NCBI GenBank assembly: GCA_043228905.1
Contig: JBHGNT010000018.1
Location: forward strand, 12,214,001-12,278,000
DNA length: 64,000 bases
Direction of reading: 5' to 3'
Source: Azolla caroliniana
Taxonomy: Eukaryota; Plantae; Polypodiophyta
Position 1 is the stretch's first letter. Every line of letters begins with the position of its first letter. The translations under genes and the position numbers were made by a program. Below, in pieces: positions 47,853 through 61,231 of the stretch. The notes beneath the pieces are model-generated. The model made no database searches, was not told the origin of the DNA, and saw only the letters and a program-made list of their open reading frames with translations.

Positions 47853-50523
47853 TTCCCTAAATTTGTTTTTTGGAAAAAAAGTATTCGACGAGTAGCGAAT
47901 AGGGAACAACCTGCAAGGAATAATTGAAATAACGAACAATGGCAAACATCGGTTCCTTGAAATTTAGGGTTTGTCTACGTCCTTGCCTTGTCTGTAACAC
48001 ATACATTCTTACCTGAGACCTCTTTTTGCATATTGTCCCCTAAAAATTAGGGATTTGCCAAAACTCGGTAAGTCTCTCTTCTCATCTCAATGTTGTCCAA
48101 TCTTCCATGATTTCTTCATGCTATAATTGTAGGATTATCCAATCATAATTAGATTTTAATTAGAGGTAGGATTAATAAACATTTTGGATCAGAAAGTTAA
48201 AATTCATTTTTATGTATCAAATTAATCTCTTTTAGGATCAACTGAAGGTTTATTTACTAAAATGGTGAAGCAAAAGGACTTTGAATGGAATCATGTGACC
48301 GTTAGGAGAAAACCTGATAAGGGTATGCTTGTCGTTCAATGCAAACATTGCCACCATGTATTTGTTAGTGGTCCCTTTCGAATTAGAGCTCACTTGTTGG
48401 GCTTGAAAGGTTTAGGTGTTGACAAATGTCATCAAATTGATGCTGTCATAAAAGCTGAAGTACAAAAAATGGTATCTGGTTGTGCAAATGTTGACATGAA
48501 TGGTGAATCATCAATGGAATGCAATGCTGAAAATAGTCACACAAATGTTGATGTGAATGTGGAATCAACATCTATCAATGAAATGCCTTCATCATCTTTT
48601 GTTAATGCATCAACAAGTAAAAAGATGAACGTAGACAATGTTGAACCCTTGAAAGTGTTATGGTAAAAGCAACTTGATAAAATGCAGATGAAGCAATCAA
48701 GAGGATTTTTTTTGTAGAGGATATACCGGATGTAAAAATGGGAAGTACATATTTTTGTGAATTAATAAAAGTTGTAGCACTTCCTAGGCCTTCTTATAAG
48801 CCACTATCTCCTAATCAATTACGTAAAAGGCACTTGAATGAAGATGTGAAATATGTTGAAAATGAGATTATGCAAATTAGAGAAAAATGGAAAATCGTTG
48901 GATGCACTATTATGAGCAATGGTTGGTTAGATACCAAGAATAGAACTATAGTTAATGTCATGGTTACTTTTGCACATGGCATAGTGTTTCTAGAATCAGT
49001 TGACACTAGTGGAGAATATAAATCGGGAGAGTATATCTTTAAGATTGTCCCATCAAATGTTGTTCTTGATATTGGCCCATCAAATGTTGTGCAAGTTTGT
49101 ATGGACAATGCAACAAATTGTGTGGTAACTAGGAGGATGATAGAGAAAGAGTGGCCCATGATCTTTTTTACTGTATGCACATGTCATTGCCTTGCTTTGT
49201 TGTTTGAAGATATTGGAGAATGTGCTTGGGTTCATGATGTTTTGAAATTAGCTACAAAGGTAATCGTGTTTATTACACGAAAACAATATTTTCTAGCAAT
49301 GTTTCTTAAGTTTAGTAAGAGAGAATTGTTAAAGCCTTCCACTACTAGATTTGCCTATAGTTTTATCATGTTGTCAAACTTATTGGATGATAGAGCCAAA
49401 GGTGGATAAAGAAGAATGGTGGTTAGTGAACAATGGTGTCAATGGAAAGGATAAAAAATAGTTTCAATTATACTTGATGCTTCCTTTTGGGCAAATATAA
49501 AGAAGATAGTAAAGATATGCAATCTAATCCTAAAAGTTCTTAGATTGGCAAATAGAGAAGTTGCAACCATGGGTTTAATTTATGAATGTACTCATCGTAT
49601 GATAGAAGAAATAAACCACATTGAAGATGTAGAGCATTTATTGCTTGATGAAATTCGAGGAATATGTATGCAAAGATATACAATGCTACATTCACCATTG
49701 TATGCAACTGGCTTTATTTTGCAGCCAATTTGGAGAGAAAAAAATCAAGATATTGATGAGGTCAATACAAGTTGGATGGAAACTATTATGCGGTATACTA
49801 ATGGTGATATAGCTCTATGTGGTGTTTAAGTAGATGAATTCTATGCTTATAGAACTCGACAAAAAAATGCATTTCAAATTCCTATGGCAAATGATCCAAC
49901 TAGAATGCATGATGCAATTAAGTGGTGGGAAACATTTGGAGCATGGACTCCAAATTAAAAAAGACTTGCAATTCGTGAAAGAAATTGGAGTACGTTCTCA
50001 TCGATACATACAAAAAAAAGAAATAGATTGACTCAGGCTCATGTTGAGAAATTGGTTTACATACATACAAATCATTGTCTCATTAGAAGAATAAGGAAAT
50101 GGGATTATGCCTAATTGAAGCAACATTAGATATGATCAACAAAGAAGAAGATGATGAGAGGCTTTTGAGAATGCAAAACCAAACTATTGATGAAAAAGAA
50201 GCTTAGAAGGATATTAGTGATGAGCTTGAAGATATGGATGATGAATATGATACTGTATAGACTCTTAAATTTAGAAAAAAGTTAGAAGTGAGGAATTAGA
50301 ATATAATGGTTCATAATCGAATTAATTAAAACTTTTCTTTCATATGTTAGTGTGATTTTGAAGACCTTCCATATTTCTATTAATTAGTGATTTTTCCTTT
50401 TTCTTAATGAATTAAATAATTTTTATTATGTAAATTTATTTTCCAAAAATGAATGATTTTATAATATTCTTGGAGTGATTTTATATTCTCGAATATTACG
50501 AATATTACGGATGTTGAATACTG
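47853..50523 (+). mobile_element. Decayed hAT-superfamily DNA transposon; boundaries uncertain
   Basis: Transposase remnant; repeated CGAATATTA near the right end GAATACTG; probable 5'-UTR intron GTAAG (48068) to TTTTAG (48235). Confidence 0.7.
48262..50260 (+). pseudogene. hAT transposase (BED-type zinc finger, DUF659-like core, dimerisation domain)
   Basis: CKHCHH...RIRAHL, GCTIMSNGW, VCMDNA, CTCHCLAL, TTRFA, KWWETFG, ERNWSTF...KKRNRL. Confidence 0.9.
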
Positions 50524-50554
50524 CACATATCACGCATGGGTCAATCTATGGTAA

Positions 50555-53500
50555 TCAGTATGGATCTTCATAAGGGCAATCTCTCCTTCTTCCACTTTCT
50601 CCCGCAACCAGTGATACCTCATTTGTATATGTTTGGTTTGGGAATGGTACGCAACATTCTTGGCTAGATGTGCTCCGGCTATCGCAATGAAGCAAGAACT
50701 CCCTTTTCTTCATTCCCAACTCGCTGAGGAAATTTCTTATCCAGATCAACTCTTTACCGGCCTCTACCGCTGCCATATACTCTGCCTCTGTGGTCGACAA
50801 GGCCGCAGATTTTTGAAGTCGTGACTGCCACGACATTGCTCCCCCCTGCATAGCTCATCACATATCCTGGTGTGGATCGACTTGAGTCTACATCCCCCGA
50901 CATATCCGAGTCGGTAAACCCTTTGGGAATAGGTTTTCCGACATCATGCTTAAGGCATACCCTCGAAGTGCCATTCAAATACCTAAGTATCATTTGACGA
51001 CTGCCCAATGTTCTCTGCTTGGATTACTCATATATCGGCTTACTGTTCCCACAACAAATGCTATGTCTGGTCTCATACAAATGCTTGGATTACTCATACA
51101 TTAAACTGCCGACGACCGAGGCATATGGTAGTTTCCTCAGCTTAGCCTTTTCCCTCTCCCATCTCGGGCATTGCTTTGCATTCATCTTGCAGTTTGTCGG
51201 CAACACAGAGCCGACTGGTTTCGCTTCTGACATGTTGAATCTCTCCAAGATCTTTGTCACATACTTCACTTGTGACAAACACATCACTAAGTTCTAAATT
51301 TTGTCCCGAACTATGTGCATCCCCAAGATCTATTTTGCCGGTTCAAGATTTTCATGGTGAATGACTTGCCCAAAGCTTTCTTTAAGCTTCTGATCTTCGT
51401 CGTGTCTTGTCCGACTATCAACATGTCATCCACATATAATAGGAGAATTAAGAAGTCACCTTCATCGTACTTTTTGACGAACACACAATGATCAACCTGT
51501 GTTTTCTGGAACTGATGTTCCATCAAGAAGGATTCAACCTTCTTGTACCATTGGCGTGGAGCTTGCTTCAACCCATACAAGCTTTTCCTCAGTCGACACA
51601 CCAGGTTCTCTTTCCCTTTCTCCTGAAGGCCTTTGGGTTGTTGCATGTAGATCTCTTTATCCAGCTCCCCGTGCAAGAATGTTGTCTTGACATCTAATTT
51701 GTTCGATCTCAAAGTCCGTATTGGTAGCTATGCTCTGAATAGTTCGAATTGATGTCATCTTCACGACTGGTGCGAACATTTCATCAAAGTTGACACCCTT
51801 TTTTTGTTGGAACCCCATTACCACTATGTGGGCTTTATATCTGGGTGCACTGTTGACTTCTCCAGTCTTCACCTTGTAGACCCATTTATTTCTGAGTCCT
51901 CTCTTACCTTTCGATAACTCTACCCGGTCGTAGGTGTAATTTTCGCGCAAGGAGTCCATCTCGTCTTGCATTGCACTTAGTCATTTCTCCTTATGCTCAT
52001 TAGTTATGGCTTCTTCATAGCACTCTGGTTCACCTTCATCAGTCAAGAGGATGTATTGACAACCATATGTTGTCGGTGCTCTCCTTTCTCTGAGTGGGTA
52101 TCTCCTTCCACTCGTTGTCGACTCTAGTTCGGATGTCTTTGCGAACTCTTCTCTTATCTTGGGTTCATATGTGTCGATCGGTCGTTGAGGGTTTTCCGTC
52201 TCCGACTCGTATTCCTTGATTGACTTTAATAAGTCCGCTGAGTCCGAGTCATCTGTGTTGGTAGATTGTTCCAAGTCAACCGACTCGGATTTGACTGTGT
52301 CAGTTCACTTGGTCTTAAGTTGGTAGTAGTGGGAGTTGACTTAGAGGTCGATCCCGATTTTTGTTGCTTTGTGTCCTCCATCCTCTTGTATTCCAAAAAT
52401 ACCACATCCCGACTCCTCACTACTTTCTTATCGACTAGGTCCCACAACCTGTAGTCGAACTCGTCCTCCAAGTATCCCATAACCACTAGACATCTGAACA
52501 CCCTCAGGTGTTGGTAGGATACATCCTTTCCTGTCCACACCCTTTGTGGGACATCACCTTTCAATGGTACTGAGGGCGACATGTTGATCAGATAAACAAC
52601 AGTGTACATCGCCTCCACCCAATAAGATTTCGACAGCGTAGCATGCAACAACATGCTCCTTATTCTCTCCATGATCGTACAATTCATCCTTTCTTCAAGC
52701 TCGTTCAATTTAGGGGTCTTCGGTACTATGTATTTGATTCGAATACCTTGGGCCTTGTAGTATTCCTCGAACTACCCTTTATATTCACCACCATTGTCGG
52801 CTCGGATAGCCTTCAAAATCCGACCGGACTCTCTTTCAGCCCTGTCCTGGAACTCCTTGAAGAATTACAATACTTCGTCCTTCAACTTCAAAATATATGA
52901 AAGGCCATGTCTTCTGACTATAGTCATCAATAAACGTTACAAAGTACTATCCACCTCAATGTGATGGAGCATCTACATAGCACAAATCCGTGTGTACTAG
53001 TTCCAGTGCAACTTCTCTTCTTCTTGGTGGTCTTGTGTGGAATGCGGTTCTTTTCTGCTTTTTGACTGAGCATTCGACACACTTCTCGAAGTGTACTCCT
53101 TTCACTTTTGGGAGAAGTTCAGGGTCAGCCAAGATGTGCATTCCTTTTTCATTCATGTGGCCGAGCCTCTTATGCCATAACTCTCAACTTGAGCTGGCTG
53201 CCATGTTCACTTCTGACTTGCACAGTCGGGCATGCGTCATATACAATGTGCCCTCTTTCTGTGGTCGGGCCACTATGAGGTTTCCTTGGCAGAACTTCCA
53301 CTTGCCATTTCGAAAGCTACCACCATAGTCTTCATCATGCAACCTTCCAATCGATATTAGGTTCAATATGATATCGGGGACATGTCGAACTCCCCTCGTA
53401 GTCAGTCAACAAACTGTCGACGTCATCAGGTTTACACTTTCTATGCCGACTATCTTGCACTCACCATTATCTCTCATCTTTACATAGCCATGATCCCCGA

Positions 53501-54043
53501 CTATGTAAGTTGAGAAGCACTGTCTTGACCGAGTTATATGGAAAGATGCACCTGAGTCGATTACCTAGGTGCACTCTTCACTTGCAAGATTTGTGCTTGC
53601 CTGCTCATAGATGAACAAGATCTCTTCTGCACTCATAGCTATGGCTGATGTGCCCTTTTCATCAGAAATCTTCTTGGTTTTAACATTATTATCAACACCT
53701 TTTTCCTTCCTGATCTGTGAGAAGTCCCTCTGAAAGTGTCCAGGCTTTCCACAATAAAAGCATGTGCAGCTTACATCTGGACTTGGACCTGAACTTGGGA
53801 CTTTTCCTTTCTTGGGGGACTTCTTTGCCGGTTCCTTCCTTTATCAGTATGTTGAATCAAGTTTGACTTTGACTGGGACTAGAAACCCGTGTCCTTACTT
53901 CTTTTTTCCTCATTCAAAATGGTTGTCTTTACTGCTTGTAGAGACATCTTTTCTTCTTGATACAAGGTGGTGTCGCCACCATGTCCTCCTAGTTGTCCGA
54001 TAGGGTACACAGTAGTAGGATGGCCTGCATTGCATCTTCATAG
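50555..54043 (-). pseudogene. Element H: old Copia (F-like), RNase H to mid-gag; 3' LTR missing
   Basis: Collinear with F; YVDDML, LVHTDLC. Confidence 0.9.
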
Positions 54044-55801
54044 TGTCGTGTCATTATGCTTACTCTTGTGCATGGGAAACTAAGGCAGGACCACGGGGGC
54101 CCTGGACTGAGGAGTGCACGAAACAGGGAGGGGAAGAGAGCGGAAGCGATGAGCTGGCGATTACCGACTACAAATGAGTAGCTGAACGAGGGCCGACAAG
54201 TCCTATTAATGGCACGTAGTGCTCACCGGACCAAACGAAAACACAACTAGCTCTCATCGGCTCACCGGAAACACGACAACGTACAAAGAACAGATAGGGG
54301 CGTGCTCCCAACTGGTCACGAGACATCAGCGAGTTAGAGAGCACATAGATACACCGGGAGACGACAACTCAAAGAATCGATTCAACCTAATAAGTGATTA
54401 CAATGCTCCCCAGATTACAATCGGCATGACAGTGACCGATCAAACACACCCATGCACACACACATGAAACAATGAGTGCAAACCCTAATGGAAGCTCTCG
54501 GGCTTCTCTCGTGAGCAAAGGCAACTGACCCAAAATCTGCAAAGATCAACGGGAATGAGGAGAAGAATGCTCGGTTCCCAGTTCGACACCACTTCGTCCT
54601 CGCCAAGACACGATCCCCTTTCCCTTTATAGACACCGGGGAGAGGCTATCACGTCCTATTTACATCGTTTTTATTCTCTGGCCCTTTGGGCAGAGATACA
54701 CATCGATTTTGTAGCTAATAAATACGTTCTACCTAGTATATTTACATCAGGCCGACCTATTCCTAGTTATGTATAAACTTGTCAATTTACACGTACACAT
54801 GTAAAGGTCGGTTCACCTGCTTTATCCTCCAACTCCTCTTAAGGCCAGTTTTCTTCATGACATCCACCCCCACCAAACCGTGCATCCACCGGCATGCGCC
54901 AAAAAGGAACAAATACGAGAGAAAATCGGCTCGTGTTCACTGATCGCCTTCCGAATTATTGTCCGCTCCGAACCGGTCCTCATTGTCGTCCACGCTCCTC
55001 GGGTCCGGCTTGTCTTCATGCCACTTCTTGAAGGCCTTGATCCCCTTCCCGGCTACCGGCACTGCTATCTGGTTTGTGCTCGTTACGGCGTAGGGCCCGA
55101 ACCACCTCCTCGCGCACTTATGCATCGCCTTGTGCTGGTTCTCGAGGCTACTGTCATAAACCAACACCTAGTTTCCTTCCTCGATCTTCTTTGGTCATAG
55201 CTGGTAAGTTCGGTCAAACCGGCCTTTGTTCTTCACCCTTGCTGCGTGCATCCTTGTCCTTGCCCGATCCACGTCCTCCAGTCTCCACTCGAGTTGTCGA
55301 ATTCGTGTTGCCAATAGCTCATCTCGTCCTTCCAGTCCACTGCGGCCCAAGAGGAGATTGTTTGCTACATCGGCATGATCGACATCTACCGGCATGAACT
55401 TAGTTACCGAACTATGCGTAGTTTGGTCCGCCCACATTGTGTAAGGTAGGAGCCACGGCCAATTCCCGACTTGCCCTTCACGATTGGCCCGTGCCCGCGC
55501 TCTATCTTCGCGTTAGCCTCCAAATCGTATGCCGTTGTGAGGGAGAGCTTGACCGCTAACCAGGCGAACAACTCTTCGGCTTCCTGTGCATCTAGCTGTC
55601 CCCGATCAGCCATGATCTTTCCCACACACCCGTACCGGCATACCACTTCCTCGATCAGAAACCAGCACGTAGCCGCAGTCGTCTTATTCTACACTGCGCG
55701 GCCCTCCACTCGGTTCGTCAAGTCCTCTTGCGCAATCACCAGGTACCGCATTTGCCTTACCCCCATCGACATCTTCACTAAGTCTACCATCCATTTGAAA
55801 T

Positions 55802-58800
55802 TGTTGAGAGACAAGCTCAACATCGGCCAAATCGGCTGAGCAAGCCGAGGACCGGATCGGTTAGGGTGGATCGGTTGGAAACCGAAACGCAGACCGGTGC
55901 GTAGGAAGGCTGGATCAGTGCAGAAACCGGGAGGCCATCGGAAAGATATTCCGCAAGGAATATATTTGATAGTTAGTGTAGGGGCTCCTTAATGAGCATT
56001 GAAGTATTGTTAGTACTTCTGTCAATCCGAAAAGGACTTGTATAAAAGTGTTCATTGAACACACACGATGTACAGATTGAGTATTAGTTTTGAATAAAGT
56101 TCTTGTTTTTACTCTCTCTCTCTCTGTCTCTCCCGTGCATAATGTGCAAACCAAAGCTTTCCATTAAACCTTCATTTTCTGTTGTTCGGTTTCCTATATT
56201 TTTTCCACACGCCATTCTTTACATGGTATCAGAGCGCGAGGGTTGAGAACCTCTCCAGTTGACTTTGCTTGAAAGAAAAACGAACGAAGAAGAACAAGAA
56301 AACCAATGGACAGAGGAATGGTTAGCTCGCTTCCAATGGAGAAGCTTGACAGAACCAACTACGCATCTTGGTCCTCCAAGATGCACCAATACCTGCTTGG
56401 GCACGATTACTGGAACTATGTCGAAGGAGCGAATGACGCGGCACCCGAATCGACACACAAAGACTTCCCGGCATGGGAGCAATCGGCGAGCAGAGTGTTG
56501 TACTGTTTCGCGTCTTGTGTGGGCGAACAGCTATTAGGCTACGTTCGAGATGCAAAAACGTCGAAGGGTGCGTGCACCACACCTAGGAGATCTTCGCCGC
56601 GAGCACCACAGCCAGGAAGCTTCAGCTTCGACAGGAGTTGAGCAACCTACGAGAACGCGACTTGTTTGTGGCTGACTATACCTCGAAGATCAAGGACATA
56701 TGCGACTCCTTAGCTTCTATCGATGTGAACATTGAGGAAAGCGAGATGGTCCAGGTCTGTCTCGGGGGTTTGGTGTCGAAGTTCGGGGCATTCCGAACTG
56801 TTGTGTGTACTCGGGAGAATACGTCGTCCTTCTTCGACTTACAGTCGATGCTCCTGGTAGAGGAGAACCACACGACTGCGTCAACGAGCACGCACACCGA
56901 TAGCAAGATGCTGTACACGGAGGGAGATAGGCCCCGTGGACGTGGAGGATGAGGCGAGTCGGTGCGCAATGGAGGCGGCCGACAAGATCAAGGAAGGAGG
57001 CACCGAAATGATCCCGACAGCAATTCCAAACCCTCCGGAAACAGGGGGAGTCATGGCTATGAGAACCGGCAAGGGAAACCCACCACGGAATGTTGGTACT
57101 GTGGCAAGAAAGACCATAGGGAGAGCGAGTGTTGGAAAAAGCACGCCGAGTCGGAGAGGACCGGTTCCGGATCTGGTTTCGGACATACCGACAAAGGAAA
57201 CCGGTAGCGATTGCACTACGCCGAAGGATCCGGAAAAGCCGGAAAAGGGTCTGCCTTCCTGACGAGACACGAAGCAAACTCAATGAAGCAAACCACCCCG
57301 AAATCGGACAAGGTGTGGTACGTCGACTCCAGCACGTCAAATCACATGACGAGCCATAAGGACTGGTTCTCGTACCTAGAAAAACTGATGCAACCGGGAG
57401 TAGTCGCAACCGGAGATGACACTCCACATCCGATCACGAATGTCGGAGAAGTTCCCCTGAGCCATGTCGGGCAGAAAGGGAAACTCATGAACGTGCTACA
57501 CGTTCCGACAATCACGAAGAACTTGGTGTTGGTCCGATAGATCGTCGACCAAGGCATGGAGGTCCGGTTTACACACCTCGAGTGCTTCATTGAGGAAGAA
57601 GGCCATGTTATTGCGCAAGGGCGGAGAGATGGGAGGATGTTCATCCTCGAGTCTACTGATGGTGGCACCGCAATGTTCGTGAAGGGACAAAAAGTTGAGT
57701 TGGACATCGACTTATGGCACAAGCAGATAGGCCACATCAATTACCAGCGGCTTCAGGACCTGCAATCGAAACAGGTGGTGTTCGGATTGCCCAAATTTAG
57801 TGGTCGGAAGGCAAAATTTGTGAAGCCTGCCAGCTTGGGAAGCAACACCGACTTCCCTTCCCCAACTAGCGTAACCGGAGCCGGAACAAGCTCAACTTGA
57901 TACACTCCAATGTGTGGGGGCCAACACAAAATGTTAGTCTTGGCAGGAGCCGATATTTCGTCTCCTTCATCAACGACTACATGTGGCACACGTGGATCTA
58001 CCTCATTGAGAGGAAGAGCGAAGTCTTCGACTGTTTCCGGGACTTCAAAGGGTTCATGGAAACGAAAACAAGAAGAAAGATCAAGCGCCTACGGTCGGAT
58101 GGTGGAAAAGAATACTTTTCCGGCCAATTCAACGATTTTCTACAACAGATGGGAATTCGGTGTGAATTCAGTTGTAGATACACGCCGAAGCAAAACAGCG
58201 TGGCCGAGAGGAAAAATCGGTCGGTTGTGGAAGCGGCACAGGCAATGCTGGAGGAGAAGAGCTTGCCCAAGTTCTACTCGACCGAGGCGGTAAGGACCAC
58301 GGTATACATCTAGAACCGGATTAGAGACAAGGTGTCGGCGCATGAGCTATATTTCGGAACGAAGCCGAACTTGCGACACTTGAGGGTGTTCAGTAGCATC
58401 GCGTATGTGCATGTACCGAAGGAGAAAAGGAGGAAGCTGGACGCAAAGGCTGAGAAATGCATCTTGGTCGGTTACTCAAACGAGCAGAAGGGTTATAAGT
58501 GCTATAACCCTTGCACCAAACAAGCGCATGTTAGCCGCGACACTGTGTTTGACGAGTCCACGTCCTAGTACTAGCCCCCGAATCCAATCCGAGCTCTGAC
58601 GATGAGGTCAGCGAGGCCGAGATGCCTCCGGATGAGCCCGAAATCGAGACCCGCGAAGAGAGTCCGATTTCAACCTGTTTAAGTGGACCGATTGGACAAC
58701 TGAGTCGGTATGACCAGTCCGATGAAGAGCCGGCGAGTAGTGGAGACTCGGCCGTGCATTCCCCGCGCAGGAAGCCGAGGAGACGGCTTACGCGCAAAGA

Positions 58801-59545
58801 GAAAGGGAAGAAGAAGGTGTCGGATTCCGGCACGGATTGGAACGAGTCAGACCGATGCGAGTCCGACTCCGAGGGAAGCGGTGACAAGTCTTCAAGAGCG
58901 AAGTTCGCGTCGGCCGAGAAGACCACTGATCTACCCGCTAGAAGAACCCAGTTGTGCGGTTCGGATACAACGAGTACATGGCGCATCATTATGCGTACAT
59001 GACCCGTGTAGAAACACCGGTCAGTATTTTACTATATGTTGATGACTTGGTCATCACCGGCGCCGACCTAGGCGAAATCGACTGCGTGAAGCTCCAGCTT
59101 GTGACATCGTTCGACATGAAGGATCTGGGGGATCTTCATTACTTCCTCGGGATCGACGTGATTTGTACCCCTAAAGGCATATTGATCAGCCAACGCCATT
59201 ATGTGCTGAGTATGCTCTTCAAATTCGGGATGGCTAAATGTAAGTCCGTCTCGACTCCTTTGGATAGAACCGTCAAGTTTTGCCCCAATTCTGGAAAGGT
59301 ATGCGACCCAACGAGGTTCCGACAAATTGTCGGAAGCTTTATCTACTTGACAATCACCCGACCCGATCTCAGTTATCCGGTCGGGGTGATCAGTCAGTTC
59401 ATGCCGCGACCTACCGAGGAGCACCTTCAGTGTGCGCAATGCGTACTGCGGTACGTAAGTGGCACTAAGGACTGGGGACTGCTATATCGGACCGGTACAA
59501 CCTTGCAGTTGGTCAGCTACACCGATGCTGATTGGGCTGGCAACA
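55802..59545 (+). mobile_element. Element J: A-family Copia (5' LTR 55802-56223, PBS 56224-56235, decayed polyprotein from 56306, RT deletion at ~59011)
   Basis: TGTTG...TTACA-TGGTATCAGAGC; CWYCGKKDH, WYVDSS, LYVDDL, YTDADWAG. Confidence 0.9.
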
Positions 59546-59586
59546 TGTTGGGAAACAGGTTCCTCCGAATGGGAAGGAAGAAGAAC

Positions 59587-59835
59587 AGAGCCGGATGGTG
59601 CAGACCTGGTATGAACCGGATGAGGAGTACCCAGCTACGGAGAGCCGGATGGTGCAAGCCCGGTATGAACCGGATGAGGAGTACCCGGCTACGGAGAGCC
59701 GGATGGTGTAGGCCCGGTATGAACCGGATGAGGAGTACCCGGCTATGGAGAGCCGGATGGTGCCGGCCCGGTATGAACCGGATTAGGAGTACCCGGCTAC
59801 GGAGAGCCGGATGGTGCAGACCCGGTATGAACCGG
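59587..59835. repeat. 54-bp tandem repeat (~4.6 copies) in the I LTR
   Basis: AGAGCCGGATGGTGCAGACCCGGTATGAACCGGATGAGGAGTACCCGGCTACGG starting at 59587, 59641, 59695, 59749 and 59803. Confidence 0.95.
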
Positions 59836-60313
59836 AGAAAGAGACATATTCATAAATATGTTTCTGAGAGCCTATTGTGGCTATATTTGTAAATAGCCGA
59901 AAAGTCATATTAGTATAAATATGACTTAGGGCAAACTAATATGTTGGTTGTTGTCAATTTTCTGTATTACACGAGATTAGTGTGCGTAACATTGTATAGA
60001 GATAGAAAGAGGTCGCTGCCTCTGTTGTAACCGCCGCCTGTGGCGAAGAGCGTGAGTCCGAGGTCGTTGCCTCCGTGAACTTATTGTTTTGTACATTCAT
60101 ACATAGTGACAGTTTGCAGCCTGTGGGCTGCCGTGGTTTTTCCCCTAGTTTGGGGTTTTCCACGTAAACCTCCTGTGTACCATTTCTGTTCTTTGTGTCG
60201 TGTTCTATTTCCCGTTTTCTGTGTATGAAAAGAATCTCGGTTGTGGCCGAGCGTTGCGCATAAGGAACGACAAGTTCCCGTCAAGTGGTATCAGAGCGAA
60301 ATCGACACAGAAA

Positions 60314-61231
60314 ATGGACGAATCGTTTGGCAGCATGTTCAAGCTCACCGCCTCCAACTATTCAGTGTGGAAGTCGAAGATGAGGGACATGCTCGTGGTT
60401 AAAGACCTCTGGCTACCGGTTCAGTTCGGGGACAAGAGACCGGACAAAATCGACGCCGCGATATGGGAGGTGATGCACATGAAGATAACAGCATACGTAC
60501 GGTGCTTCATCGACATGAGCCTATACAACAACTTCAATGAAGAGAGCAAGGCTCATGAGCTCTGGGAGAAGATCGGCATAATGTTTCAGAACAAAAATGT
60601 TGTCAATCAGGTCTCGGTATTCCGGAAGCTAGTAAGACTCCGGTACCAAGATGGCTCCAGCAGGGCGGAGCACATGAATGCCTTCCAGGGGCTGATCCAC
60701 CAGGCTTCTTCATTGGAAGTACCTCTTGCCGATGAGGTACTAGCGCTACTCCTGCTCGGTTCCCTCCCGGATAGCTGGGAGACGTTGGTTGTCACTTTGG
60801 GGAACGCCGGGCCGGAAGGAAAACGGTTATCCCTAGCAAGAGTAAAGTCGAGCTTGCTAGATGAGGAGGCGCGTCGGAAGGATAAAGATACGAGCTCTGA
60901 CTCCAAAGCGCTTCTTACCGAATCGGAACGCGGAAGACATAGAAACCGTAGTCCCCAGAACCGGGAGAAGTCGGGGACACGGTCAAAGTCAAGGGGGAGG
61001 CCTACTTGCTTCTATTGCAGCAAGCCGAGACACTTCCAAAAGAACTGTCGGCATTTCTGTAAAGACAAGGAAACCGACGGTACCGATTCGAAGCAAACCC
61101 CGGAACGGAATGGTAAAGACCGGAGGGGGCCGGACCGGAAGGGAACGACAGCAATCACGGCAAGTGAAGAGGAGTTGATGCTCATCACCGAGGAGAGTGA
61201 GATAAACCTTGCCGGCGACGAGATGACCTAG
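60314..61231 (+). CDS. Copia Gag of I, ending in TAG at the protease Trp codon
   Basis: FKLTASNYSVWK, LLGSLPDSW, CFYCSKPRHFQKNC. Confidence 0.8.
   Translation: MDESFGSMFKLTASNYSVWKSKMRDMLVVKDLWLPVQFGDKRPDKIDAAIWEVMHMKITAYVRCFIDMSLYNNFNEESKAHELWEKIGIMFQNKNVVNQVSVFRKLVRLRYQDGSSRAEHMNAFQGLIHQASSLEVPLADEVLALLLLGSLPDSWETLVVTLGNAGPEGKRLSLARVKSSLLDEEARRKDKDTSSDSKALLTESERGRHRNRSPQNREKSGTRSKSRGRPTCFYCSKPRHFQKNCRHFCKDKETDGTDSKQTPERNGKDRRGPDRKGTTAITASEEELMLITEESEINLAGDEMT

Noticed and set aside
47879-47890. Left TIR of the hAT element (AGTATTCGAC vs right-end CAGTATTCAAC)
   Set aside because: No matching 8-bp TSD could be found; it may be only a subterminal motif.
48262-50260. Domesticated hAT host gene
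   Set aside because: Multiple stops, frameshifts and a deletion in the dimerisation domain.
58954-59892. 312-aa ORF with 18-aa repeats as a novel protein
   Set aside because: It is J's RT frame reading into I's LTR; the repeats are the translated 54-bp array.
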